Below, piece after piece: positions 38,105-48,472 of a stretch of DNA of 64,000 nucleotides. This stretch comes from an uncultured Phycisphaerales bacterium (GTDB lineage Bacteria; Planctomycetota; Phycisphaerae; Tepidisphaerales; Tepidisphaeraceae): positions 1,696,001 through 1,760,000 of the forward strand of contig CAVWLP010000002.1 of NCBI GenBank assembly GCA_963755915.1, read 5' to 3'. The notes under the pieces are model-generated. The model ran no database searches and had not been told where the DNA came from. It saw only the letters and a program-made list of their open reading frames with translations. Each line of letters begins with the position of its first letter. The stretch's first letter is position 1. Position numbers and translations under genes: made by a program.

Positions 38105-39879
38105 ATGCAGACCGTTGTTCACGTCACCCACGAAGCGATTCAAAAAATTGGCGGAATTGGCGCGGTATTACACGGACTGCTCACCAGCCGCACCTATCTC
38201 GACAAGGTCCCGCGCAACATCCTGGTGGGCCCGTTCTGGCCCAGCGATGACATTGCCGAGCATCGGCTCGGTCCGCAGGGGGAAGTGCTTTATAGCAGCC
38301 TGGATCATCTCTATCGCTCGCCGCTGACGAGCCGGTTTCGGCAGATCGAGCAGGAGTTCGACGTTGGGATCGTCTACGGCCGGCGTAAATTTTCCGACAA
38401 GGAGACGGGGGTCACCAGCACGCCCGAAACGCTGCTGATCGACGTGACGCGGTATGACGCCCAGAAGATCAACCAGTTCAAGTTTGAGATGTGGAAGACC
38501 TTCGGGATCGAAAGCTCGAAGTACGAATCGATCTGGGATTTCGAGCAGTACATGCGCCTGGCCCGGCCGGCGATCGCGGCGCTGCACGCCCTGGGATGCG
38601 GCAGCGAGCTCGAGCCTTGCGTGATCCTCAGCCATGAATACATGGGCATGCCGACGGCGCTGGCGGCGGTTCTGGAGGGAGAGCGCAGCAATTTCCGCAC
38701 GATTTTCTATGCGCACGAAGTTGCCCCGATGCGGCGGGTGGTCGAGCACCATCCCGGCCACGACACCATGTTTTACAACGTCATGCGCTCCGCGGTCAGC
38801 CAGGGGCATTACCTGGAAGACGTCTTCGGCGACCAGAGCGAATATTACAAGTATTCTCTGGTGAAGGCGTCGCGCTTCTGCGACGGGATTTTTGCCGTCG
38901 GCGATTACGTGCTGAAGGAAATTCGGTTTTTGGGGCCGGACTTTGTGCACGTCGACAGCCAGATTGCCTACAACGGGGTTCCGTGCTGGAAGATCAGCGT
39001 TGAGGAGAAGATGTCGAGCCGGCAGAAGCTGCGCGCGTATTGCAATACGCTGCTCGGGTATGAGCCGGATTATGTTTTCTCGCACGTGACGCGATTGGTG
39101 CCGAGCAAGGGCTTGTGGCGCGATCTGCGCGTGCTGGAGCACGTGGAGCGGATCTTGCGCGAGCGCAACGAGACGGCCGTGCTCTTTACGCTGAGCACGG
39201 AGGTGCCGGGGCGGCGCGGCGATGATATCAGGAAGATGGAGCAGCATTATCACTGGCCGGTGGTGCATCGCGAGGGGCTGCCGGATATGTCCAACGGGGA
39301 GGCGGCCTATTACCAGGGCGTGCAGGAATTCAATGCCCGCTCGCGGAATGTGAAGGTGGTCTTCGTCAACCAGTTTGGGTTTGACCAGAAGGTTTGCGGG
39401 CTGAGGATGCCGGCGGATATGGAGTTCATGGATATCCGCAAGGGCTCGGACGCGGAGTTTGGGCAAAGCATTTATGAGCCGTTTGGGATTGCGCAGGTGG
39501 AGCCGATCAGTTTCGGCGGCATTTGCGTTTTCTCGAATGTGTGCGGATGCGCCGGTTTCGCGGACAAGGCGGCGGGGGGCAAGCCGACGCCGAACGTGCT
39601 GGTGGCGGATTACACGGATCTGCCGAACAAGACACTGCGCCGGATCAGCTCATGGCGATCGGTCAGCCGCAGCGGGATGAGATTGAGCATGCGGTTTCGG
39701 GCGTGGTTGCCCAAGAGCTTGTGCAACGGCTGCCGCGAACGCCGGCAGAGTTTGAGCAGTTCCTCGAGCGCGGGCACGCGCTGGCGAGCCAGATGAGCTG
39801 GGACGTAGTGGCGCGCGATTATGTGCTGCCGGGAATCCAGCGGGCGAGCCGGGCGAAGCGGTTGCAGCAGATCGCTTGA
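38105..39879 (+). CDS. GT-B glycosyltransferase resembling GT3 glycogen synthases (frameshift near 39635)
   Basis: THEAIQKIGGIGAV, SHEYM, YNGV, SIYEPFGIAQVE, MSWDVV. Confidence 0.65.
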
Positions 39880-39956
39880 GGAAGTTTCGAGTTGCTGGTT
39901 GCGAGATAAGAGCACCCTTTAACCACATCGTGTGACGCGCGGTATCATCTCTGGGC

Positions 39957-40559
39957 ATGAGACGCTTAGGGCGATCGGTGTTTAATGCGCTGGCGGTGGG
40001 ATCGCTGGTGCTCTGCATCGCCATTGGGGCCGCCTGGGCGCTCGGTTTTCCCTTGTCCGCAAAGAGAATGCATTCACTCGGCGCCCGATGGGAATTCGGG
40101 TGGTTTCTCGTGCGCCAGCCTCCCGTGCGAACAGAATGCCAAGCTGTACTCTGTCATTATTTACGCGACCTCGTGCCGGGCCCTCCAGCCCCTCCGGCCG
40201 GGTCCAATATACTAACCCCGCAGATCGTGGCTTGGAGCAAACAGTTTGGAAACACGCGAAATTGGGGCACGGCTGGGGGATTTTTTATAGCTGCGTGGCC
40301 GATTATTGGGGACATTCATTCAAAGCGGGTGGCGATGATGGGGTATGGGTACACCGTCGGTGCGCCGCCGTGGATCTGGATGGGACTTCTGGCGATTCTG
40401 CCGGCGATTGCCGCGATTCGCTGGCGCGGGCGGACTCGCAGACGACGACTGTGCGAAGGATTGTGCCCGGTTTGCGGGTACGATCTTCGCGCCACGCCCC
40501 AGCGATGTCCGGAGTGTGGGACGGCTGTTTCGATTGCGGTAGCAAGTCACAATGTCTAG
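39957..40559 (+). CDS. Membrane protein with variable loop and C-terminal Zn ribbon, tandem copy 1
   Basis: MRRLGRSVFNALAVGSLVLCI .. TM .. GLCPVCGYDLRATPQRCPECG. Confidence 0.82.
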   Translation: MRRLGRSVFNALAVGSLVLCIAIGAAWALGFPLSAKRMHSLGARWEFGWFLVRQPPVRTECQAVLCHYLRDLVPGPPAPPAGSNILTPQIVAWSKQFGNTRNWGTAGGFFIAAWPIIGDIHSKRVAMMGYGYTVGAPPWIWMGLLAILPAIAAIRWRGRTRRRRLCEGLCPVCGYDLRATPQRCPECGTAVSIAVASHNV

Positions 40560-40607
40560 GAGCGACGGATTCAGCGGGTACCCTCAAGCGCGGTATCATC
40601 TCCGGGC

Positions 40608-41222
40608 ATGAGGCGCTTAGGGCGATGGGTATTTAATGCGCTGGCAGTGGGGTCGCTGCTGCTTTGCATTTTCACGGGGGTTGTTTGGGGGCTGCATTTC
40701 AATTCCACAGCCATTGTAGCGATTAAACTGCCGTTCCGGTGGGAAACGGGGTGGTACCTTGGTAGGGGGATTGACGGGATTCATCGAGCTCAACTATCGG
40801 TGGCGTTTATGTATTCGCCGCCGACGCGAATCTTGAGTCCGCCGTTCTCGGGATTCGCCTTCACTCCGCAGGATCGAAAATGGATGAATCAGTTTGGCGC
40901 AGGATCGCGATCGGGTCGCGGAGCATTTCAATTCAGCGAAGGGCCGGTGATCGTCTACGACCGGACGCTGGGGCGCCTTGTGATGTTTGGGTACACACAT
41001 GAAATCGGCCTTCCCGTGTGGTTCGTCATGGTGCTTTTGGGGATTCTCCCCGCGCTGGCAGGGTGGAGATGGCGGCGGATTCGGATCGAGCGGGCTCGGA
41101 AGGGATTGTGCCCGGTTTGCGGGTATGATCTTCGCGCGACGCCCCAGCGATGTCCGGAATGTGGGACCGTTGCTGCTCCGAAGGGACCGTTGGAGATCAA
41201 GGCAGGTTTGTTCGGTCGGTGA
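40608..41222 (+). CDS. Membrane protein with variable loop and C-terminal Zn ribbon, tandem copy 2
   Basis: MRRLGRWVFNALAVGSLLLCI .. TM .. GLCPVCGYDLRATPQRCPECG. Confidence 0.82.
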   Translation: MRRLGRWVFNALAVGSLLLCIFTGVVWGLHFNSTAIVAIKLPFRWETGWYLGRGIDGIHRAQLSVAFMYSPPTRILSPPFSGFAFTPQDRKWMNQFGAGSRSGRGAFQFSEGPVIVYDRTLGRLVMFGYTHEIGLPVWFVMVLLGILPALAGWRWRRIRIERARKGLCPVCGYDLRATPQRCPECGTVAAPKGPLEIKAGLFGR

Positions 41223-41233
41223 GTTGTATCAGG

Positions 41234-41273
41234 CCCTCACCCCAGCCCTCTCCCTGAGTACAGGGAGAGGGGG
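41234..41273. repeat. Family B repeat
   Basis: CCCTCACCCCAGCCCTCTCCCTGAGTACAGGGAGAGGGGG. Confidence 0.75.
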
Positions 41274-41290
41274 TCGGAGGGGAAGAGCAC

Positions 41291-42031
41291 ATGTATTCGA
41301 TTGTCATTTGCTCGAAGGATGATGCGAAGTTCTCCGCCGTGTCGGCGAACCTGAGAGACCGGTTCGGCGGGCGGGAATTTGAGATCGTGCGGATTGCTGA
41401 TGCGCAATCGATGGCCGAGGGGTATAACCGCGGGGTGGCGCAGGCGCGCGGCGAGCGGGTGGTTTTTTGTCACGATGATATTGAGATTCTCAATCCCGAG
41501 GCGGTCGAGCGGCTGGAGGAGCACCTGGGAAAATTCGACATCGTGGGGATCGCAGGGGCGGATCGCCTGATCGTGGCCTCCTGGGTGGGCGCGGGACCGC
41601 TGCATACGTTTGGGCAGGTGGCCCAGTTTCAGGAGGACGGGAGCCTGGCGGTTTTTCTGTTTGGGACATCCCAGCGCGTGACCGGGGGGATGCAGGCGCT
41701 GGATGGGGTCTTTTTGGCCGTGAACCGCCGGGTGTTTGCGAAGATTTCGTTTGACGCGAAAACGTTTGATGGGTTTCACCATTACGATCTGGATTTTACG
41801 TTTGCGGCATACCTGGCGGGATTTCAAATCGGGGCGGCGAGCGATGTGCATTTGCTGCACGCGTCGATGGGGACCTGGGACGAGGCATGGAGGCGGTATG
41901 CGGGGATTTTTACGGCGAAATATCGGAAGCAGCTTTATCCAGAGCCGCTGAGGAAGCATTTTTCGGCGCGGATATTCGCGAAGAGCAAGGAGGAGTGTGC
42001 GGAAATTATGCGCGAGGCGACGCCGAAATAA
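41291..42031 (+). CDS. GT2-like (GT-A) glycosyltransferase
   Basis: YSIVICS, SMAEGYNRG, FCHDD, ALDGVFLA, FDGFHHYDLD. Confidence 0.82.
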   Translation: MYSIVICSKDDAKFSAVSANLRDRFGGREFEIVRIADAQSMAEGYNRGVAQARGERVVFCHDDIEILNPEAVERLEEHLGKFDIVGIAGADRLIVASWVGAGPLHTFGQVAQFQEDGSLAVFLFGTSQRVTGGMQALDGVFLAVNRRVFAKISFDAKTFDGFHHYDLDFTFAAYLAGFQIGAASDVHLLHASMGTWDEAWRRYAGIFTAKYRKQLYPEPLRKHFSARIFAKSKEECAEIMREATPK

Positions 42032-42248
42032 GTTTTTTGTCCGTTTTGAGGGGCGAGCGGCCATATATATCGGTGACACCCGAGCAGTTTCTGGGGCAGT
42101 TTCTGCGCCATCGGGGAGCTCGATCTGCAACAAAGGTCGAGGATCGTCGTCTTAATAGGTTGATGGACGGAATGCCGTGGCCGGTCAACCTTGCTGCGCG
42201 GGGGGGAGGTTTATTCTGGTCTGGTGACCACTTCTATAAACCGGAGCT

Positions 42249-44486
42249 GTGAATGATCGGCGGAGGGAAGGAGCAACTGATGCGAATCGGGGGGAGAAGA
42301 ATCTTCGATTGGCGGGGTGGGTGATGGTCGTGGGGGTGCTGGTTTGCTATTCGATTCATATCGCGAGACTGGGGCTCGACTGGCGGCAGGATTTCTGGGT
42401 CTTCTGGGCCCCGGAACATGCCCAGGGAGATATCGATAATGCGATGAAGAATGGGGACATGGTGCTGCGCCATGCGGATGACATCGCCCAGGCGGATTCG
42501 AAGAATAGCCGGGGGCCGCTAGAGGTGAATGCGGCAACCATCGAGCATCCCGGGCCAGGCCTGTTTGATTCGCCGTTTACGGTCGGCAATTTTTTCCAGC
42601 GCTGGCATCGGCTCCGGCCCGTTTATGGGCAGATTATTCGCGGGTGGGTTGCGACCTATGAGGATCTTTTTCACAGCAATCCCGACCAGGATTACGATCT
42701 GGATTATCCACCGATGCGGCTGCTGACGATGACGCTTTGGACGTGGAAGGTGCAGAGCGAGTATCCGGGGCTGACGCAGTTTCCGCATCAGCCGCAGCGG
42801 GTGTTCGACCCGTATCGGAACCAGTCGGTGCTGGCGACGATGGACGTGGCCCAGCCGGTGCTGAGGATCAACGAAATTGCCGAGGGAACGACGGCGATCT
42901 CCGTTTTCCTGCTGGTGTGGCTCTGGATGGAGCGGCGGCCGAAATCGCTGGGGCTGGCGCCGTTGGGGTGTGCGCCGGAATCCTGGCGGGCGCGGTGGGG
43001 GGATCCGATGCTGCTGGCGCCGGTGGTGATCCTGGGGATTTGCGCACTGTTCCGGTCGAACGTGACCTGGACGTGGGCGCTCTCCGCGCCGGATAGTCTC
43101 AGTACATCGCTCATCGATCCGCGGGTGGTCAGCGTGAGCTGGTGGGTGATGCTGCTGCTGAGATTTTTGTCGGCCGTCTCCCTGGCGCGATTTTTGCCCC
43201 GGCCATATCGAGCGCCGATGTGCGCGCTCGTGGCCGGCACGTTTGCCTGGCTGAATCCCGCCTCGATTTTGGATTCGTTCGGCTGGCCGCAGTGGGACAC
43301 CTGGCTGCCGCCATTTTTCCTGGTGGCGGCCGTGCTGGCGACGCTCGACTGCTGGGTGATCGCGGGGCTGGTGCTGGGGGTGGGGTGCATGTTCAAGGGG
43401 CAGTTGATTTTCGTTTCGCCGGTGCTGTGGCTTTGCCCGCTGCTGGCGGGGTGGCCCGGGAAATTCATGCGGATCGTCACCGGGACCGCGGCCGGGGCGG
43501 GATTGATCGTCTGGCCCTGGCTGGTGACCAATGAGATGGCGCTGAAATGGGTCTTCTTCGCGGTGGCGACGGCGGTGTTTTTCTGCGCGCTTTCGGTGCT
43601 GCGGGGATTTTTGTGGGAAGAAGGGAAGGAGGCGTGGCGACAGTTATCCGGGAAATGGACGCCCCGCGTGAACCAGGGAATCCTGGCCGGCGGAGGGATC
43701 GGAATCGTAGCCGTGCTCTGGCTGACGGGGGCGCTGATGATTCGCCACGGAACGTCGATCGCGCCGGTGCTGCTGGGGATCGCCATCGTCGCGGTGCCCT
43801 GGGTGCTGCGCCGAAAACTGACGGGGGCATGGATTTTGTTCGTCTTCGCGGCGTCGCTTTGGCTGGTTTATGTCTACGCGGGAGGCAGTACGTCGTGGTG
43901 GGACGTGGGATTTGTGTATGGCACGCAGAAGCATTCCGTCATGCAGCTTGGGGCGGAGAGCCTGAGCAATCTCTCGTCGCTGCTGCATGAGCGATATCAA
44001 TGGGAGCTACACGATCACGTGACGACGCTGAATTTGCTGGGGCATCCAATCGATCTGGACGTGCAGGGGTTTTGCGGGGCGATTTATTTCGTATGCGCGT
44101 TTTTGTGCGCCGGCGCGGCCGCGATGCACATGCGGCGCAATGACGCCCGGTTTCTCATCGTATTGGTAGCCCCGTGGGTCCTGTTTACCATGCTCCTGAC
44201 GCAGATGACGGCGCGGTATACGGTGCTGCCGGCGGTGGTTGCCTCCAGCCTGGTGGGGGTTTCGGTGGAGATGAGCTTGTTCCCGTTTTTGCAGACGGTG
44301 CTGGCGTGTCTGATGCTGGGGAACCAGACCATGGGAAGCCAGAGCGCCACTGCGCCGATCACATTTTCGATCACCTCGCCGACGTATCCCGATCTGGGCT
44401 GGCTAACGGTTCTGCTGGCAGCGGTCTTCCTGGTGAGCGCGCTGATGCCGACGATTCGGTGGCGGCGGCGGGTCGAGGTGCTCTGA
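42249..44486 (+). CDS. Polytopic GT-C glycosyltransferase-like protein, ALG6/ALG8-type motifs, paralog 1
   Basis: More than 12 TM segments; DYDLDYPP, NPASILDSFGWPQWD, CMFKGQ, QMTARY. Confidence 0.65.
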   Translation: MNDRRREGATDANRGEKNLRLAGWVMVVGVLVCYSIHIARLGLDWRQDFWVFWAPEHAQGDIDNAMKNGDMVLRHADDIAQADSKNSRGPLEVNAATIEHPGPGLFDSPFTVGNFFQRWHRLRPVYGQIIRGWVATYEDLFHSNPDQDYDLDYPPMRLLTMTLWTWKVQSEYPGLTQFPHQPQRVFDPYRNQSVLATMDVAQPVLRINEIAEGTTAISVFLLVWLWMERRPKSLGLAPLGCAPESWRARWGDPMLLAPVVILGICALFRSNVTWTWALSAPDSLSTSLIDPRVVSVSWWVMLLLRFLSAVSLARFLPRPYRAPMCALVAGTFAWLNPASILDSFGWPQWDTWLPPFFLVAAVLATLDCWVIAGLVLGVGCMFKGQLIFVSPVLWLCPLLAGWPGKFMRIVTGTAAGAGLIVWPWLVTNEMALKWVFFAVATAVFFCALSVLRGFLWEEGKEAWRQLSGKWTPRVNQGILAGGGIGIVAVLWLTGALMIRHGTSIAPVLLGIAIVAVPWVLRRKLTGAWILFVFAASLWLVYVYAGGSTSWWDVGFVYGTQKHSVMQLGAESLSNLSSLLHERYQWELHDHVTTLNLLGHPIDLDVQGFCGAIYFVCAFLCAGAAAMHMRRNDARFLIVLVAPWVLFTMLLTQMTARYTVLPAVVASSLVGVSVEMSLFPFLQTVLACLMLGNQTMGSQSATAPITFSITSPTYPDLGWLTVLLAAVFLVSALMPTIRWRRRVEVL

Positions 44487-44487
44487 C

Positions 44488-47183
44488 GTGACCACGCCAA
44501 CCACCCAGGCTTACGATTTGAAGGATTCAGCGCCGGCGCTGCCGGCGGCGGTGGCAGCGCCGCCTCCGCCGGTGATGATGGTCCGTCGCGACCGGCGGCT
44601 TCAGTGGTGGGGCAAATTCCTCACCTGGGCAATGGTGGTGGTCTTCCTCGCCGGCGGCACGCGCTGGGCCCTTCGCGCGGGCTTGGCCCAGCGCGATGAA
44701 ATGTGGCAGTACACCCATTCGATCCGCTTCAAGGAGGACATCAGCCGGGGGTATCAGTTCGGAAACGCGACGCTGCGCTACGCCGAAACCCAGGCGGGGC
44801 TCGATCCCTTGGCGGATGCCTATGCCGCACAAACCGCTGACTTTCTGCGCAAGCACGACCGCCCGGATTTAATCGGCAAGCAAAGCCCGACGTTTCGCCG
44901 GCTCACGATTCGCGAGGTGGCGGGCGGAATCGTCGGGTATATCGATTCGGTTGTGGAGCAGGGAGGCGATTACGACCTCGATTATCCGCCGCTTCGGCTC
45001 GGGGTGATGACGCTTTGGGTGCGGCACATTCAGCGCACGCATCCCGAGCTCGACACGTTTCCGCAGGAGCGAGCCGACGACACCGACCTGGTGCAGGAGG
45101 AGGACATCGCCGGACCGGTGCTGAATTTCAACAGCTTCTGCGAAGGCGCGGCCGCGGTGGGGATGTTTCTGCTGGTGTGGCTGTGGGTGCATCGGAGTTT
45201 CAAGCCGGTTGCGCCGCTGGCGATTGGGAGATGGATCCGGAAATTGCGCAGCGCGCCGAAGCCGCTGCTGACCCTGCGCCGCGCCCGTCGGGCCGCTGGG
45301 GTTGGACGGTCCCGCACGGGATTTTCGCCTTCATGGCGGCGACGACGGCGTTCTGGTGCGCGTACTCGGCGCTGGTGAAGTTTCCACCGCGACCGACGCC
45401 GGCGGTTTCGGTGGTGCAGATTCAGCCGGGGGACAATGGGGCGACGGTCGTGGTGAATGTTGACGCGCAGGGACAGGAGAGACGCGCAGTGGCATTTGCA
45501 GTGGGGGCCGACGGGGAGTTATGGGGAGAATTCCGCGGCGCAGTCGCTGGATTCATCGGTGGGGGACCAGCAGGTGAGCGCGCAATTGAGCCCGGTGCAG
45601 CCAGGCGAGACGATTCATTTTCGGGTATGCGCCAGCAGCCCCGGAGGGTGGACGAGCAGCGACGATTTTTCGTTCGTGAACCGCGGGGGAGCGATCGACG
45701 TCAACAGCGACCCGGTGGGGGGGATCGATTGGCCGAGCGCGACGGTTTGGCTGCGAATGCTGGTGCTGTTTGTCGCCATGGTCCTCAGGCGCAACTCCTG
45801 CCGCAGATGCACAAGGGGTGGGCGTGCGGAGCCGTGGCGGCCATGCTCGTCTGGTTTGATCCGATTATCCTCATCGATTCGCACGCCTGGCCGCAGTGGG
45901 ACGTCTGGATCCTGCCGATCTTCATTTTCGCGGTGCTGGCGGCTTCGCTGGACTGGTGGATGCTCGCCGGGGCGATGATCGGAATCGGGTGCATGTTCAA
46001 GGGGCAGATGCTGCTGGGGGGGCCGGTGCTGCTTCTCTGGCCCCTGATCGGTGGGCGATTGAAAATGTTTGGCCGGGCCGTGACCGGATTTGTGATTGCG
46101 GCGGAGCTGATCGTCTGGCCGTGGATCGTGAATTCATCAGCGGGATTGCACTGGATTGAATGCGCGATCATCGCGGCGCTGCTGCTGATGGGCGTTTCGC
46201 TGATGCGCCGGCAATTGTGGACGGCGATCCGCCAATGGCTGATCGACCCGCTCATCGGCCCGCGGAAGGGTTCGCGCGATCTGCTGGCAGATGGCGGTGG
46301 AGACAATGCGGCGACGGCGCTGGTAACCGCGTCGTCCGTGCTGGCCGCGGTCATCGTGGCGATGGTGCTGATCTTCGCCGGGATGATGCACAAGCAGTCG
46401 GCGCTGCCGCCGGGGACGATGACACTGTTTCTTCTGTTCGTGCTGGTTCCGCCGTGGCTGCTGCCGCGCAGGTCGCTCTTTTACTGGATGGCCGCCGTAG
46501 CCGCGGCCGCGATCTGGATTTCCTCCTCGGCATTCAACGGAAGCTATTCGTGGGCCGAGCTGGGCTTTGCCTATGGCGCGGTCAAGCACGACCAGATGCA
46601 GATGGGGCTGCGGAATTATTCGAATCTCACGTCGATCCTGGCCCAGAATTACCAGTGGGACATTCACGACACCATGGGCACGCTGCGCTTCGCCTTTTCC
46701 ACGCCGGGACCGTGGCGGATTGGAAGTTGGGCCATCCCCTCCGTGAAATGGAGCTGGTCAAGCGACCTGGACACGAAAACAACAATGGCCACGGTTTACG
46801 GCATTTGCCTCCTCATCTCCGCGGCCGCGGCGGCGCTGCACAGCCGCCGCAACGACCGGCGGTTCCTCGTGGCCATCATGGTGCCCTGGGTGGTCTTCCC
46901 GATCGTCATGTGCCAGATGGGCGGAAGATATCCGATCTGGGCATCGGCCCTCTCGGCAGCGATGGTCGCTGTGTCGCTGGAACTATCATTGTTGCATGTT
47001 TTGCTGGCAGTGGTCGGGTTTGCGACGATTGCGCATCAGCTTTTGAATTTTGACAATTCGCGGTGGCCGCAGTTGTTTGAGTTTATGACGCCGACGTTTC
47101 CCGGGGCGGGGTGGCTGATGGTGTTTGTGATGGGAATCTTCTTTTTCGCGGGGTTGGTGCCGAGTCGGACGTGCTCGGAGTGA
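44488..47183 (+). CDS. Polytopic GT-C glycosyltransferase-like protein, paralog 2, with inserted FN3-like domain (frameshifts near 45275, 45480, 45785)
   Basis: DYDLDYPP, DPIILIDSHAWPQWD, CMFKGQ, QMGGRY; colinear with paralog 1. Confidence 0.62.
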
Positions 47184-47186
47184 AGA

Positions 47187-47265
47187 TATTGCCTATTTCC
47201 AATTTCCTATTGATGGATCGCGATTTTTTTCTTCAATAGGCAATAGGAAATCGGCAATAGGAAAT
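47187..47265. repeat. Inverted heptamer-repeat element
   Basis: TATTGCC TATTTCC AATTTCC TATTG ... CAATAGG CAATAGG AAATCGG CAATAGG AAAT. Confidence 0.75.
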
Positions 47266-47312
47266 CATCCTCGCGTTGGAAATTAACGCCAATCCCCCTT
47301 AATCTGCATCCC

Positions 47313-48413
47313 ATGAACGTAAAGCTTTTGGATTTACAGGCGCAGTACGCGCCGATCCGCGAGGAGATTCGCGCCGCGCTGGATGAAGTTTTCGATCACC
47401 AGGCCCTGGTGCTCGGGCCGCATGTTGAGAAGTTTGAGAAAAACCTGGCCGCCTATTGCGGCGTAAAGCATGCCATCGGCGTCAGCAGCGGCAGCGATGC
47501 GCTGCTGTGCTCGCTGATGGCCCTGGGGCTGAAGCCTGGCGATGAAGTCATCTGCCCGACGGTTACGTTTTTCGCGACCGCCGGAGCGATCGCCCGGCTG
47601 GGGGCCAAAATCGTCTTCGCGGATATCGAGCCGGCGACGTTCAACATCGATGTCTCCACGCTTGAGAAAAAGGTCACCCCCAAAACGCGGGCGATTATCC
47701 CCGTCGATCTCTTCGGTCAACTGGCGAATCTGGAGGCCGTGAACGAAATCGCCGCAAGGCACGATCTGAAGGTAATCGAGGATGCGGCCCAGTCGATTGG
47801 CGCCAAGCGCCATGGAAAGCGCGCCTGCTCGGCGGTCTTCGCCGGATGTTTGAGCTTTTATCCCACCAAAAATCTGGGCTCCTTCGGCGACGCCGGCGCC
47901 ATCTGCACCAACGACGACAGTTTCGCGGAAATCTGCCGGCTCATGCGCGTGCACGGCTCCGGCCATCAATATTTCCACAAATACGTCGGCGGGATGTTCC
48001 GCATGGCGGCCGTGCAGGCCGCGGTCCTGAACGTGAAACTAAAATATCTCGAGCAGTGGCACGAAGCCCGCCGGCGCAACGCGGCGATCTATGACACCAT
48101 GCTGGCCGGAAGCAAGGTGGTGACGCCGAAGATCGATGCCGGCAATTGGAGTATTTACAACCAGTACGTGGTCCGCGTGCCGAACCGCGACCGGGTAAAG
48201 CAGGTCTTGCAGGAAAAGGGCATCGGCTCGGCGATCTATTATCCACTGCCCCTGCATATGCAGGAGTGTTTCGCCTACCTGGGGTACAAGGCCGGGGATT
48301 TTCCGCAGAGCGAGCGGGCGTGCGCGGAGGTGCTGGCGCTGCCGGTTTATCCGGAATTGCCGGAAGAACAGGTGAGATACGTGGTAAAAGAGTTATTGGC
48401 CGCGGTCGGGTAA
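47313..48413 (+). CDS. DegT/DnrJ/EryC1/StrS sugar aminotransferase
   Basis: GVSSGSDAL, IEDAAQS, SFYPTKNLGSFGDAG, IYYPLPLH. Confidence 0.93.
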   Translation: MNVKLLDLQAQYAPIREEIRAALDEVFDHQALVLGPHVEKFEKNLAAYCGVKHAIGVSSGSDALLCSLMALGLKPGDEVICPTVTFFATAGAIARLGAKIVFADIEPATFNIDVSTLEKKVTPKTRAIIPVDLFGQLANLEAVNEIAARHDLKVIEDAAQSIGAKRHGKRACSAVFAGCLSFYPTKNLGSFGDAGAICTNDDSFAEICRLMRVHGSGHQYFHKYVGGMFRMAAVQAAVLNVKLKYLEQWHEARRRNAAIYDTMLAGSKVVTPKIDAGNWSIYNQYVVRVPNRDRVKQVLQEKGIGSAIYYPLPLHMQECFAYLGYKAGDFPQSERACAEVLALPVYPELPEEQVRYVVKELLAAVG

Positions 48414-48472
48414 GAATTCCGCGAAGATTGAGCGTACTCAGCCGGAACAGCGGGCGCTGAAGATCGGGGTGA

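Noticed and set aside
39957-41222. Diversity-generating retroelement template and variable repeats
   Set aside because: Differences in the shared ends are mostly synonymous and not adenine-specific; no reverse transcriptase in the window
39900-41290. Integron cassette array
   Set aside because: No attC-like RYYYAAC..GTTRRRY palindromes between the genes and no integrase; each gene has its own -10 box
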